NCBI GenBank assembly: GCA_021323865.1 | Contig: JAJPKF010000024.1 | Coordinates: 9,207-73,206, forward strand | Direction: 5' to 3' | DNA length: 64,000 nt | Source of the DNA: Pseudomonadota bacterium | Lineage (GTDB): Bacteria; Chloroflexota; UBA5177; JAJPKF01 | Shown: positions 52,931 to 62,151 of the stretch, piece after piece | Position numbering within the stretch: the stretch's first letter is position 1 | Layout: each line of letters begins with the position of its first letter | Made by a program: the position numbers and the translations under genes | Notes under the pieces: generated by a model | Told to the model about the DNA's origin: nothing | The model's database searches: none | The model's input: only the letters and a program-made list of their open reading frames with translations

Positions 52931-53367
52931 GTGCCCTCCTCGGTGAGCAGCCAGTCAAGCGCCAGCAGGTACCCGCGCCATCCCAGGCCCACAATCTGCC
53001 CCCGGCAGACGGCTGTCAGCACCGAGCGCCGCCTGAAGCGCTCCCGCGCCTGGGTGTTGCTGATATGGACCTCGACCGTCGTGAGCCGTACGCCGGCAAT
53101 GGCGTCCCGAAGCGCGTAGCTGGTATGTCCCAGGGCGCCTGGATTGATGATGAGGCCCTCAGCCCAGGGCGCACCTTCCTGAATGGTGTCAATGAGCACA
53201 CCCTCGTGGTTTGACTGGAGCGTCCTCAGCTCCACGTCTCGGGCCCGAGCCTCGGTCTGCAGGCGTTCGTCGATTTGAGCCAGCGTGATGCTGCCATAGA
53301 TCTCGGGCTCTCGTGAGCCGAGAAGGTTCAGGTTGGGGCCGTGAACGACCAGCACTCGACGGATCAT
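52927..53367 (-). CDS. aroQ: 3-dehydroquinate dehydratase, type II
   Basis: [21 protein letters not shown] and HISNTQARE motifs of type II DHQase. Confidence 0.9.
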   Translation of the reverse strand: MIRRVLVVHGPNLNLLGSREPEIYGSITLAQIDERLQTEARARDVELRTLQSNHEGVLIDTIQEGAPWAEGLIINPGALGHTSYALRDAIAGVRLTTVEVHISNTQARERFRRRSVLTAVCRGQIVGLGWRGYLLALDWLLTEEGT

Positions 53368-54974
53368 GGCACCGCTTGGACGGGCGCCCGCTGGACCTGA
53401 GCCAGCCCCTCGGTGACTTCGTCCAGTGCGACCGGCTCCAGCGTCACCCTACCTGCCGTTCCTCCCATCACCATGGGGATCTTCCCTCCATGGCGCTTCT
53501 TGTCCTGAGCCATCCGCGCACGAAGATCGTCCAAGGGGACTTCGGGCAGCTCGGTGGGGAGACCCAGCCGGCTCAGCAGAGACTCGAGACGGTCCGCCGA
53601 GGCCCCCTCGAGCGACCCGATCCTTTGCGCCACGCGTGCCTCGGCCACCATCCCCATTGCCACACAGGCGCCGTGAGACCGGCGATAGTCGAAGAGGCTC
53701 TCCAGGGCATGCCCAATCGTATGGCCGAAGTTCAAGACAGCACGCTCGCCGGTTCGTTCGAAGGGGTCGCGGCTCACCACCGCGATCTTGTTGCGAACGG
53801 CTCGCCGGACGAGATCGCTCCGCTCCCGAATCGAACCGACTGCCTCCAGGCCTTCGAGTGCCCCAAAGAGGGCCTCATCGCGGGCGAAGCCGATCTTGAC
53901 CATCTCGGCAATGCCTTCGCCCAACGCCGGCTCGGGCAGCGTATTGAGGAACTGCGAGTCCACACACACCAGCCGCGCCGGATGGAAGGAGCCGACGAGG
54001 TTCTTGACGCCATCGAAGTCCACGCCCGTCTTGCCTCCGATGGCGGCGTCGACCTGTGCGAGGAGAGTGGTGGGGACCAAGACCAGCTCCAGACCCCGGA
54101 GGTAGGTGGCGGCGGCGAACCCTGCCACGTCACACACCACCCCTCCGCCGGCCGCCACCATGACCGCCCCTCGCTCCAACTCATCGGCCTTGAGGCTTCC
54201 GTAGATGGCCCTGACCGTGTCGAGGTTCTTGGCGGCTTCACCCGGTGGGATTACGATGCGGCTGATACGCTCCTCTGTGCCTTCGGTGGCCAGATCGAGG
54301 GCCGGACCATGCAGCCCGGCGACGGTGGAGTCCGTGATCAGAGCTATTTGGCGGCTGCCGTCGAGATCGAGATCGCAGAGCCGGGCGGAACCGAAGAGCA
54401 CAACCGTCTGTTCCCCCGTCGGAAACCGCAGCTGATACACGGCCCCACGCTCACCGGACCGGTGGCGGCGGTAGAGGTCCACGATCTCCTCGATAGCTGA
54501 TTCCGGCGACCCCTCGGTGGACACCAGTGGATAGGGATCGTACAGGGCAGCACGCCGATCCAACAGTCTGCGCAGCCCGTCCACGCCCTCAGCCCCGAGG
54601 GTGCGCATACCCACCGGTCGCAATTCCTCCCCCTGCTCCTGAATCCGAGCGGCCGCCGTGACCGGCGAGCAGCTGAGCGTGACGATAAGCCCAGTCGACT
54701 CGGCCGCGGTGCGTGCCGCGTTGTTCTGCAGGGCTCCTCCGCCGAGGGCGATCACTGACGGGGGTCGGGCAATCGCCGTGCGCAGCGCCGCTTCTTCCAG
54801 CCGGCGAAACTCGCTCTCGCCGCGGCTCTCGAAGATGGTGGCAATCGTGGTCCCTGACTTCCGTTCGATCTCCGCGTCAAGATCGAGGAAAGGAAGGCCC
54901 AGCCGCGATCCGACCACCGGTCCCAGGGTGGACTTGCCCGTGGCCATGAAGCCGTTGAGGAACAGGTGTCTCAT
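53364..54974 (-). CDS. aroKB: bifunctional shikimate kinase / 3-dehydroquinate synthase
   Basis: The N-terminus carries shikimate kinase Walker [12 protein letters not shown]. The C-terminus has the DHQ synthase Fe-ADH fold ([30 protein letters not shown]). The ATG at 54974 overlaps the aroC stop (ATGA). Confidence 0.85.
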   Translation of the reverse strand: MRHLFLNGFMATGKSTLGPVVGSRLGLPFLDLDAEIERKSGTTIATIFESRGESEFRRLEEAALRTAIARPPSVIALGGGALQNNAARTAAESTGLIVTLSCSPVTAAARIQEQGEELRPVGMRTLGAEGVDGLRRLLDRRAALYDPYPLVSTEGSPESAIEEIVDLYRRHRSGERGAVYQLRFPTGEQTVVLFGSARLCDLDLDGSRQIALITDSTVAGLHGPALDLATEGTEERISRIVIPPGEAAKNLDTVRAIYGSLKADELERGAVMVAAGGGVVCDVAGFAAATYLRGLELVLVPTTLLAQVDAAIGGKTGVDFDGVKNLVGSFHPARLVCVDSQFLNTLPEPALGEGIAEMVKIGFARDEALFGALEGLEAVGSIRERSDLVRRAVRNKIAVVSRDPFERTGERAVLNFGHTIGHALESLFDYRRSHGACVAMGMVAEARVAQRIGSLEGASADRLESLLSRLGLPTELPEVPLDDLRARMAQDKKRHGGKIPMVMGGTAGRVTLEPVALDEVTEGLAQVQRAPVQAVP

Positions 54975-56089
54975 GACTCGGCTCTCGCCATGTGCTCGTC
55001 CAGCTCCTCGACGCTGTCGCCACCAAACTTCTCCAGCAGGGCGTCGGCGAGCACCAGGCACATCATCGCCTCCGCCACCACTCCGGCGGCCGGAACCGCG
55101 CAGATGTCGGATCGCTCGTACGTGGCGCGCGTCGGCTCTCCGGTCGCGATATCGACCGACTCCATACCCTTCAAGAGGGTCGAGATGGGCTTCATGGCTA
55201 CGGTGACCACGACCGGCTGCCCGTTGGTGATGCCGCCCTCGAGCCCACCGGCATTGTTGGAGGGCCTCCTGGTGCCGCCGTCACCGGGCATGATGGGGTC
55301 ATGCAGCCGGCTGCCGGGAGTGGCCGCCCCGGCGAACCCTGCCCCGATCTCCACTCCCTTGATGGCCTGAATGCTCATCATGGCGCCTGCGAGCCGGCCA
55401 TCCAGCTTGCGGTCCCAGTGGACGTGGCTCCCGAGGCCTGCCGGCACGCCGAGAGCCTCGACGCGGATGACGCCGCCGACGGTGTCGCGCGCACGCCGAG
55501 CGTCGTCAATGGCGGCGATCATCGCCTGTTGCCCTGCCTCATCGCCGGTCCGTACCGGCGATTGGTCGACACGCCGTCTGGTGTTGGGATCGGCGAGATC
55601 CACAGGCGTCGCCTGGACGGGGCCAATGGCGACGACCTGACTGGCCACGACAATCCCCGCATGGGCCAGCAAGGCCCGGGCGATGGCGCCGAGCCCTACG
55701 CGGGTCGCGGTCTCCCTGGCGCTGGCCCGCTCCAGTCCGAGGCGCAGGTCGGCATATCGATACTTCTGGGCCGCAGCCAGATCGGCATGACCCGGGCGAG
55801 GTATGGTCATGACCGGCCGGGGCTTGTCGCGCCAGTTCGGCCAGTCGCGGTTTTCGATTTGCAGGGCAATCGGGCCGCCGGTGGTCCGGCCTCCGGTCAC
55901 GCCGCCCAGGATTTGCGCGTGGTCCTTTTCGATGACCTGGCGGCCCGACCGTCCGTAGCCCTGCTGGCGCCGGCGAAGGTCGTGGTCGATATCGGCCTCG
56001 CTCAACGGGAGACCCGCCGGCATGCCTTCCATGATCCCGGTCAGGGCCGGGCCGTGTGACTCACCGGCGGTAAGGATGCGCAGCGTCAT
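54971..56089 (-). CDS. aroC: chorismate synthase
   Basis: MTLRILTAGESHGPALTGIMEGMPAG and the GRSSARETA-like block are present. Its start overlaps the aroE stop. The track ORF is extended upstream to 56200. Confidence 0.9.
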   Translation of the reverse strand: MTLRILTAGESHGPALTGIMEGMPAGLPLSEADIDHDLRRRQQGYGRSGRQVIEKDHAQILGGVTGGRTTGGPIALQIENRDWPNWRDKPRPVMTIPRPGHADLAAAQKYRYADLRLGLERASARETATRVGLGAIARALLAHAGIVVASQVVAIGPVQATPVDLADPNTRRRVDQSPVRTGDEAGQQAMIAAIDDARRARDTVGGVIRVEALGVPAGLGSHVHWDRKLDGRLAGAMMSIQAIKGVEIGAGFAGAATPGSRLHDPIMPGDGGTRRPSNNAGGLEGGITNGQPVVVTVAMKPISTLLKGMESVDIATGEPTRATYERSDICAVPAAGVVAEAMMCLVLADALLEKFGGDSVEELDEHMARAES

Positions 56090-56949
56090 GTCGTGGCAGC
56101 GCCCACACGCCCTGCCGCCCGCTCTGCACCTTCCGGCGCTTCGGCGGCGCTTTCGGCCGCACGACGGAAGACCTCGTCGGGGAGACGACGGCCGGTCCAA
56201 AGCTCAAACGAGTCGGCCGCCTGCGCCGCCAGAAGCGCCAGACCATCCACGGTGGTGCATCCCGCCGTGCGCGCCTGTCGTAGCAAACGGGTCTCGAGCG
56301 GCGTGTAGACCAGCTCTATGACGGTGAGATGGGGCGGGAGTCGGATAGCTGCCGGCAGGGGAGACTCATGGGGACGGCCCATCCCGGCGGCAGTCGCGTT
56401 CAGGAGCAGGGAGGCGTCTTCGACCTCTCGGTTAGTCATATCGGCAAGCGGAAGGACTTCTGCGCACCCGGCGAAGGCGGCTCGGGCCCGTTCAGCGGTG
56501 CGGTTGGCAACCAGGATACGCCATCCGCGGCACGCGAGTGCATCTACCGAGGCTCGTGCTGCCCCGCCGGCCCCGATCACGATCGCGCGACCGGCCGAAA
56601 GCGGAAGTCCGTCGAGAATCCGCGCCATGCCGCCGGCGTCCGTATTGTGGCCGATGAGTCCGCGGCCCTCCCGGACCACACAGTTGACCGCTCCCACCCG
56701 TTGCGCCGAGGTCTCGAGGGCATCGAGATGGGCGAGCACGGTCTCCTTGTGCGGAATGGTGACGTTGAAGCCGGTGAGCTGAGCGGATCTAATGTGCTGC
56801 ATGGTTTCGGTGAGCTGCTCCGGGGGTGTGGGCAGCAGTTGATAGCTACCGCTCAGGCCACAGTGTTGAAGCGCGGCCTGATGCATAGCCGGCGAGCGGC
56901 TGTGCGCGACCGGATAGCCCATGATGCCCAGCCGGACCTCAGGCGTCAT
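56086..56949 (-). CDS. aroE: shikimate dehydrogenase
   Basis: LGIMGYPVAHSRSPAMHQAAL N-terminus and the NADP-binding GAGGAARA motif. Confidence 0.85.
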   Translation of the reverse strand: MTPEVRLGIMGYPVAHSRSPAMHQAALQHCGLSGSYQLLPTPPEQLTETMQHIRSAQLTGFNVTIPHKETVLAHLDALETSAQRVGAVNCVVREGRGLIGHNTDAGGMARILDGLPLSAGRAIVIGAGGAARASVDALACRGWRILVANRTAERARAAFAGCAEVLPLADMTNREVEDASLLLNATAAGMGRPHESPLPAAIRLPPHLTVIELVYTPLETRLLRQARTAGCTTVDGLALLAAQAADSFELWTGRRLPDEVFRRAAESAAEAPEGAERAAGRVGAATT

Positions 56950-58216
56950 GGATCATCCCTCCGAGGCCGCGCATTGTGGAGCCGAAACAGGGAAACGAGA
57001 CAGCTGCCGCCTCGGCTCCCTCTACGATCGTCTCACCGGCCGCGATCAGTCCTGCCAGCCCCAGCATCATGGCCACGCGATGGTCGCCGTGTGATTGGAC
57101 CCTCGTGCCCTGCAGCCGGGAGCCGCGGACTCGGAACCCGTCGGGCTGCTCCTCGATCGCCGCGCCCAACCGCCCAAGCTCGGCGGCGACGGTGGCGATG
57201 CGGTCACTCTCCTTCACCCGTAGCTCGCCGGCGCCCGTCACCCGGGTCTCGCCTGCTGCGACCGTACCGAGGAGCGCGACCAAAGGCAGCTCGTCGAGCA
57301 TGGTCGCGGCTTCGTCGGCGCCGATTTCGACGCCGGTGAGCGGCGCCGGACGAACGCGGATCGAGCCCACCGGTTCGCCGCCCTCCTCGCGCTCCTCGCT
57401 CGTCTCCAGATCGCACCCCATCCGGCGCAGCACCTGAAGGAACCCGGTCCGGGTCGGGTTGAGCCCCACATCGCGTACGGTGACGTCACCGACTCCGGCT
57501 ATTGCGGCCCCTGCCAGCAGAAAGGCCGCGGAGGAAAGATCCCCGGGCACGCACAGGTCGAAGGCACGAGGTCGTGCGGGGCCATGGACGGCGACCGTCT
57601 GCTCCTTTGCATCGACGGCGATGCCCGTCGCACGCATCAGCCGTTCCGTGTGGTCTCGAGTCGCAACGGTCTCCCAGACTGAGGTCGACCCCTCGGCGAA
57701 GAGACCCGCCAGGAGGACGCAGCTCTTGACCTGAGCGCTGGGTGGGTCGCACCGGTACCGAATGGCGCGAAGCCGGCCGCCGCGAATGCGAATCGGAGCG
57801 TGGCCGTCCTCGGTGTCTACCTGGGTGCCCATTTCCATGAGAGGTCTGGCGATGCGGCCCATGGGCCTGCGGCAGAGCGAGGCGTCGCCGGTGACGACCG
57901 AGTCGAACGGCTGGCCTGCGAGGATGCCGCTCAGGAGCCGCATGGTGGTGCCGGAATTGCCGGCGTCCAGGGGAGCCGAGGGTGGTCGAAGTGCGCCCCC
58001 CTGCACGCAAACCTGGTCTCCCGAGCGCTCGATTCGCACCCTCAGGGCTCGGAGACAGGCGACGGTTGAGGCCACGTCCTCACCGTCCCCAAGCCCTCGA
58101 ATGGATGACGTGCCGTCCGCCAGCGCAGCGAGCATGAGCGCTCGATGGGAGATCGACTTGTCGCCGGGCACCGCCGCCTCACCGGCGATGCCCGAGGGCC
58201 GCACCTGCCATCTCAT
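56939..58216 (-). CDS. aroA: 3-phosphoshikimate 1-carboxyvinyltransferase (EPSP synthase)
   Basis: GDKSISHRALMLAALA, LDAGNSGTTMRLL and HGDHRVAMM motifs. Confidence 0.9.
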   Translation of the reverse strand: MRWQVRPSGIAGEAAVPGDKSISHRALMLAALADGTSSIRGLGDGEDVASTVACLRALRVRIERSGDQVCVQGGALRPPSAPLDAGNSGTTMRLLSGILAGQPFDSVVTGDASLCRRPMGRIARPLMEMGTQVDTEDGHAPIRIRGGRLRAIRYRCDPPSAQVKSCVLLAGLFAEGSTSVWETVATRDHTERLMRATGIAVDAKEQTVAVHGPARPRAFDLCVPGDLSSAAFLLAGAAIAGVGDVTVRDVGLNPTRTGFLQVLRRMGCDLETSEEREEGGEPVGSIRVRPAPLTGVEIGADEAATMLDELPLVALLGTVAAGETRVTGAGELRVKESDRIATVAAELGRLGAAIEEQPDGFRVRGSRLQGTRVQSHGDHRVAMMLGLAGLIAAGETIVEGAEAAAVSFPCFGSTMRGLGGMIHDA

Positions 58217-59025
58217 GTCACGGCCTGCCTGCCCCGACGGAGCAGCGATTGGACGGCGTCGAAATCCCGTCGATCCAACGAGCCTGCCGCCTCCTCAAGG
58301 ATCTGGATGATTCCCCGAAGTGCGCCGGAAACATGGTCCGCGTTCTGCAGCAGAATCTCGGTCCACAGCCCGTCGTCGCTCGCGGCGAGCCGCAGCATTC
58401 CCGCGAGTCCCGGCCCGCGCAGCGGGTCGTGGCGGCCGCCGTCCAGGGCCCCGCTCAGGGCGCTGGAGAGCAGCTGGGGCAAATGGCTGGTCCGGGCGAC
58501 CATGGCGTCATGTGCGTCGGCCTCGATCTCAAGGGAACGGGCGCCGAGATCCGCCACCAGATGTTCGACAACCTCGACGGCGCCACGTTGGGTTCGCTCC
58601 CCTGGCACCACGGCATAAGGTGCATCGCGAAAGAGGTCGGGGTCGGCGGCATCGGGGCCCGATCGCTCCCGCCCCGCGAGGGGATGCCCACCCACACAGC
58701 GGGCCGCGGCCGCCTGCGCTTCCATAACGCCGAGGACCGAGCGCTTCACACTGGCGACGTCGGTGAGGACGGCCGCCCTATCCATCAGGCCGGCCACCGC
58801 GGGAATGGTGCTCAGAGTCTCAGGGATGGGAAGGCAGATGAAGATGACCTCGGCATTGCTCGCGACCTCGGCAGTCGAGGCGGTGGCATCGACAAGGTCG
58901 CGGTTGGCGGCGATCCCGGCGGCCGTCGGGTCACGATCGGACCCGATCACCTGATGACCCGCGGCCCGGAACGCGGCCCCCAGGGAGCCGCCGATCAGGC
59001 CGAGGCCGACGATACCGATTCGCAT
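58213..59025 (-). CDS. tyrA: prephenate dehydrogenase
   Basis: Rossmann motif MRIGIVGLGLIGGS and the PDH-family block VASVK. Its start overlaps the 3' end of the DAHP synthase gene by ~31 nt. The track ORF is extended upstream. Confidence 0.8.
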   Translation of the reverse strand: MRIGIVGLGLIGGSLGAAFRAAGHQVIGSDRDPTAAGIAANRDLVDATASTAEVASNAEVIFICLPIPETLSTIPAVAGLMDRAAVLTDVASVKRSVLGVMEAQAAAARCVGGHPLAGRERSGPDAADPDLFRDAPYAVVPGERTQRGAVEVVEHLVADLGARSLEIEADAHDAMVARTSHLPQLLSSALSGALDGGRHDPLRGPGLAGMLRLAASDDGLWTEILLQNADHVSGALRGIIQILEEAAGSLDRRDFDAVQSLLRRGRQAVT

Positions 59026-60068
59026 GCCGGGGCAATGTGGCGGCCGATGGCCGTCGCGATGGCTCGAAGCTCGATCATCAGCTCCTGAAACCTCGCCGGC
59101 TTCAATGACTGGGCCCCGTCCGAGAGCGCCTCGGTGGGACGCGGGTGCACCTCGATGAGCAGACCATCGGCCCCGGCCGCCACCGCCGCGCGCGCCACCG
59201 GCCCGACGAAGGACCACCGGCCGGTGGCCTGGCTGGGATCGACGACCACTGGAAGGTGCGTCAGCGTCTTGAGCACCGGCACGGCGCTGATGTCAAGCGT
59301 ATTGCGGGTCGCCGTCTCAAAGGTGCGGATGCCGCGCTCGCAGAGCAGCACGTTGGGGTTGTGGTTGGCCAGGATGTACTCCGCCGCCTGCAGGAACTCC
59401 TCCAGGGTGGCGCTCATACCTCGCTTGAGGAGGACCGGGTGGCCACTGCGTCCGGCCGCCTGCAGGAGGGCGAAATTCTGCATGTTGCGGGTGCCGATCT
59501 GGAGGATGTCCACATGGCGGCAGACCATCTCGACCTGGTCCTCGGAAAGCACCTCAGACACCACCAGCATTCCCATCTCACGCCGGACCTGGTCCAGCAT
59601 CTCCAGTCCACGCACTCCCAGACCCTGAAAGCTATAGGGGCTCGAACGGGGCTTGAAGGCGCCGCCGCGGAGGATGCGAACGCCCTCCTCCTTCATTGCC
59701 GCCGCGGTCTCCCACAGCTGCCGCTCGTCTTCCACCGCGCATGGGCCGGCCATCACGATGACCTCGTCGGAGCCGAAGGTCACATCCTCAACCTGGATGA
59801 GGCTGTTGAGGGGGCTGAAGTCGCGACTGGCCAGCTTGTAGGGCTTGGTGACCGGCAGCAGGTGGTCGACGCCGGGCAGGTCGGAGAGAGATTGGAGCTG
59901 ATCGGGCCGGCTGTGACCGATCACGCCGATGATGACGGTTTCCTCTCCCGCCGAGACATGGGCGCGGTATCCAAGCTCGTGCACGTGGCTGACCACGTTC
60001 TCCACGTGCTGGTGGCTGGCGTTGCGCTGCATCACGATGATCATGTCTCGGTACTCCACTGCTGCCAT
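58995..60068 (-). CDS. 3-deoxy-D-arabino-heptulosonate-7-phosphate synthase, type I-beta with N-terminal ferredoxin-like regulatory domain
   Basis: The N-terminal ~70-aa ACT-like domain is followed by a KDO8PS-like TIM barrel (VMAGPCAVE, KPRSSPYSFQGLG, DPSQATG). The AAGGAAAC SD precedes the ATG at 60068. Confidence 0.85.
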   Translation of the reverse strand: MAAVEYRDMIIVMQRNASHQHVENVVSHVHELGYRAHVSAGEETVIIGVIGHSRPDQLQSLSDLPGVDHLLPVTKPYKLASRDFSPLNSLIQVEDVTFGSDEVIVMAGPCAVEDERQLWETAAAMKEEGVRILRGGAFKPRSSPYSFQGLGVRGLEMLDQVRREMGMLVVSEVLSEDQVEMVCRHVDILQIGTRNMQNFALLQAAGRSGHPVLLKRGMSATLEEFLQAAEYILANHNPNVLLCERGIRTFETATRNTLDISAVPVLKTLTHLPVVVDPSQATGRWSFVGPVARAAVAAGADGLLIEVHPRPTEALSDGAQSLKPARFQELMIELRAIATAIGRHIAPACESVSSASA

Positions 60069-60107
60069 TATGGTTTCCTTGGAATCCTGTTCCGGCCTGA
60101 AATCTCG

Positions 60108-60148
60108 GGGAAAACAAAAGACCAGAGGCCTCAGGGCCTCTGGTCTTT
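60108..60148 (-). terminator. intrinsic terminator in the leader of the aromatic supraoperon (attenuator)
   Basis: On the minus strand, AAAGACCAGAGGCC-cuga-GGCCUCUGGUCUUU (14-bp perfect stem) is followed by UGUUUUCCCC. It lies ~50 nt upstream of the DAHP synthase ATG and downstream of the Trp-rich leader ORF. Confidence 0.6.
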
Positions 60149-60187
60149 GGGCACGACGTCGAGGGGCGAGCCCTCAGCCCGGGCTCG

Positions 60188-60238
60188 TTACGTCATGCCC
60201 TTCCTTCGCCAGTACCAGATGTCACGCCAAGCGGTCAT
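60188..60238 (-). CDS. putative Trp/Tyr-rich leader peptide (MTAWRDIWYWRRKGMT) of aromatic supraoperon
   Basis: The 16-codon ORF is ATG ACC GCT TGG CGT GAC ATC TGG TAC TGG CGA AGG AAG GGC ATG ACG TAA. Three Trp and one Tyr fall in 7 consecutive positions. It is located between a candidate promoter (TTGGAC-16-TATCGT, ~60327-60299) and the terminator. An in-frame upstream ATG would give a 32-aa version. Confidence 0.4.
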   Translation of the reverse strand: MTAWRDIWYWRRKGMT

Positions 60239-60339
60239 GGATGATCTCGGAATCGGCTGAGATACGCCAGTATAGCGGTTCATGCCCCAGTGCTTCTCAC
60301 GATAGATTGAGGCGAGCCCGGTCCAACCATGGAGAACCG

Positions 60340-60705
60340 ATGCCCTCCACGTTGAGAGACATTTGCTTCGACTGCGCCGACCAGACGGCGCTGGCCGGCT
60401 TCTGGGCGGAGGTGCTCGGCTATGAGCTGCGGCCGTCTCATCCGGGGCCGGAGGACCCGGTGGTGATCATTCCGCCTGATGCGTCCGGCCTCCGAATCTG
60501 GTTCAACAAAGTGCCCGAACCCAAGATATCCAAGAACCGGGTGCACATCGACGTCAACATGACGGACGGCGACGAGATGGCGCGGCTGGAGCAGCTGGGC
60601 GCCCGGCAGGTCCGAGAGATCAGAGACGACGCGGGAACGCTCCATTGGACGATCATGGCTGATCCCGAGGGCAACGAGTTCTGCGCCTTTCCTCCCCGGG
60701 ACTGA
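60340..60705 (+). CDS. VOC-family (glyoxalase/bleomycin-resistance fold) protein
   Basis: 122 aa. A paired beta-alpha-beta-beta-beta module pattern (ICFDCAD...GYEL; NRVHIDV...HWTIMADPEGNEFC). The GGAGAA SD precedes ATG 60340. Confidence 0.75.
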   Translation: MPSTLRDICFDCADQTALAGFWAEVLGYELRPSHPGPEDPVVIIPPDASGLRIWFNKVPEPKISKNRVHIDVNMTDGDEMARLEQLGARQVREIRDDAGTLHWTIMADPEGNEFCAFPPRD

Positions 60706-60865
60706 GCGGACTCTTGTCCCTATTTCAGCTCGGCGCCTCGGAGCCCTGACCGGACGATTCGATTGGAGAGTGCCGGCCACCCGGTGCCAGGATGCGCCCT
60801 GGGGAGAGCTTGCGGGTCGTCCATCTCGGCGCTTGGATGGCATAGCCCCAACCTGTCATCATGGA

Positions 60866-61140
60866 GGTGATCGTGCTAGGCGGGGAGCTAGCGGTGCCCT
60901 GTACCCGCAATCCGCTATAGCGGGGCGTAATTCCGCGCTTGAGGCCTGGCTCAGCCAACACTGTTCGGTTTGTTCGACGTTGAAGACCGGGTTCTGCGCG
61001 GCGGAGCCCCGTGAACCCCGTCAGGTCCGGAAGGAAGCAGCGGTAAGCGGCCAGCTCCGGGTGACGCAGAGGAGCCTGGTCTGAGCCGGCATGCTGGATA
61101 AGCTGAGTGGACCAGTGTCGAGAGTGCGGTGCACGATCAC
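60866..61140 (+). ncRNA. ffs: signal recognition particle RNA, large Bacillus-type (with Alu domain)
   Basis: The domain IV core CCCGUCAGGUCCGGAAGGAAGCAGCGG is present. The Alu-domain region GAUCGUGCUAGGCGGGGAGCUAGCGGUGCCCUGUACCCGCAAUCCGCUAUAGCGGGGC aligns almost base-for-base with B. subtilis scRNA. The 5'/3' closing helix is GGUGAUCGUGC...GCACGAUCACC. The protein ORF 60770-61084 covering it is spurious. Confidence 0.8.
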
Positions 61141-61163
61141 CCACCCCCTCTCCCGGAGACGCC

Positions 61164-61682
61164 ATGATTGAGGCTCCAGAGCGGACGGATCCGCCCATGA
61201 TTGCCGACGAACGCCCCATGCTCGAAACCTGGCTGGACTGGCAGCGCGCCACCCTGGCCACCAAGTGCGCAGGCCTCACCGACGCGCAGCTCCGGGAGCG
61301 GGCCGTGCCGCCCTCCAGTCTGTCCCTGCTGGGGCTGCTGCGCCACATGACTGAGGTGGAGCGCGGCTGGTTCTGTCGAGCACTCGCGGGCGAGGAGACC
61401 CAGCCGCTCTACTACTCGGATGACCGTCCGGACGACGACTTCGACGACATCGAGCATCAGGACCCCGCGGAGGCCTATGAGATCTGGAATGAGGCCTGCC
61501 GGTCGGCTCGCGAGAAGGTCGCGGCCGTCGACTCTCTCGATGCTCCCGCCAAGCGCCGGCAATCAAATGGTGAGGGCATTTCACTGCGCTGGATCATGGT
61601 CCACATGATCGAGGAGTATGCCCGCCACAATGGTCACGCCGATTTCCTGCGCGAGCGCCTCGACGGAGCGACCGGCGACTAG
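61164..61682 (+). CDS. DinB/YfiT-like (DUF664, mycothiol-dependent maleylpyruvate isomerase N-terminal-like) protein
   Basis: LETWLDWQRATLATKCAGLTDAQLRER...LLGLLRHMTEVE...WIMVHMIEEYARHNGHADFLRE is the DUF664 pattern. The GGAGACG SD precedes ATG 61164. Confidence 0.7.
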   Translation: MIEAPERTDPPMIADERPMLETWLDWQRATLATKCAGLTDAQLRERAVPPSSLSLLGLLRHMTEVERGWFCRALAGEETQPLYYSDDRPDDDFDDIEHQDPAEAYEIWNEACRSAREKVAAVDSLDAPAKRRQSNGEGISLRWIMVHMIEEYARHNGHADFLRERLDGATGD

Positions 61683-61725
61683 TCGACCGCGGCCGGGGAG
61701 CGGCGAGCTGCTGAGTCTGGGGACG

Positions 61726-62151
61726 ATGTCTCGAGCGCAGGTCGGAGCCCTCTATCGTGAGAGCCGGGCCGGAAGGATTCCAGACGGCCGTGGTGACGGG
61801 CTCGCGTTGGTCTTGCCGGGAACCGGCATCTGCCGGCCAATGGCGGCCTTCATCCGGCTGACTTCATGGCAGGGCAAGATCTTCAACCGCCGACATGGCG
61901 AGCTGGTCAATCGAGTCACACCCTTCGGTCTGCCGGCGATACGGGCCCGGGTCTATACAGGACCGAGCCGATTCGACGGTCGCGAGAGCATCATCCTCGA
62001 CTATTCCCAGACGTCTTGGGTCGCCCGTTGGGTACGTGACGAGATCCGCGAGGTCTCAGCCGGCGTCTATCTCGGTTTCGCCTATGCCCTCGGCATCCGG
62101 GTCATCACCTTCGCGCTTCGTTTCCCAGCAAAGGCTGCGTCCGAGGACTAA
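61726..62151 (+). CDS. hypothetical protein
   Basis: ~141 aa from ATG 61726 (GGGGACG upstream). No recognisable domain. It overlaps the end of the convergent HD-GYP gene by 4 nt. Confidence 0.45.
   Translation: MSRAQVGALYRESRAGRIPDGRGDGLALVLPGTGICRPMAAFIRLTSWQGKIFNRRHGELVNRVTPFGLPAIRARVYTGPSRFDGRESIILDYSQTSWVARWVRDEIREVSAGVYLGFAYALGIRVITFALRFPAKAASED

Noticed and set aside
60770-61084. 104-aa ORF between the VOC gene and the DinB-like gene
   Set aside because: The region is an SRP RNA. The alignment to Bacillus-type scRNA explains all the conservation.
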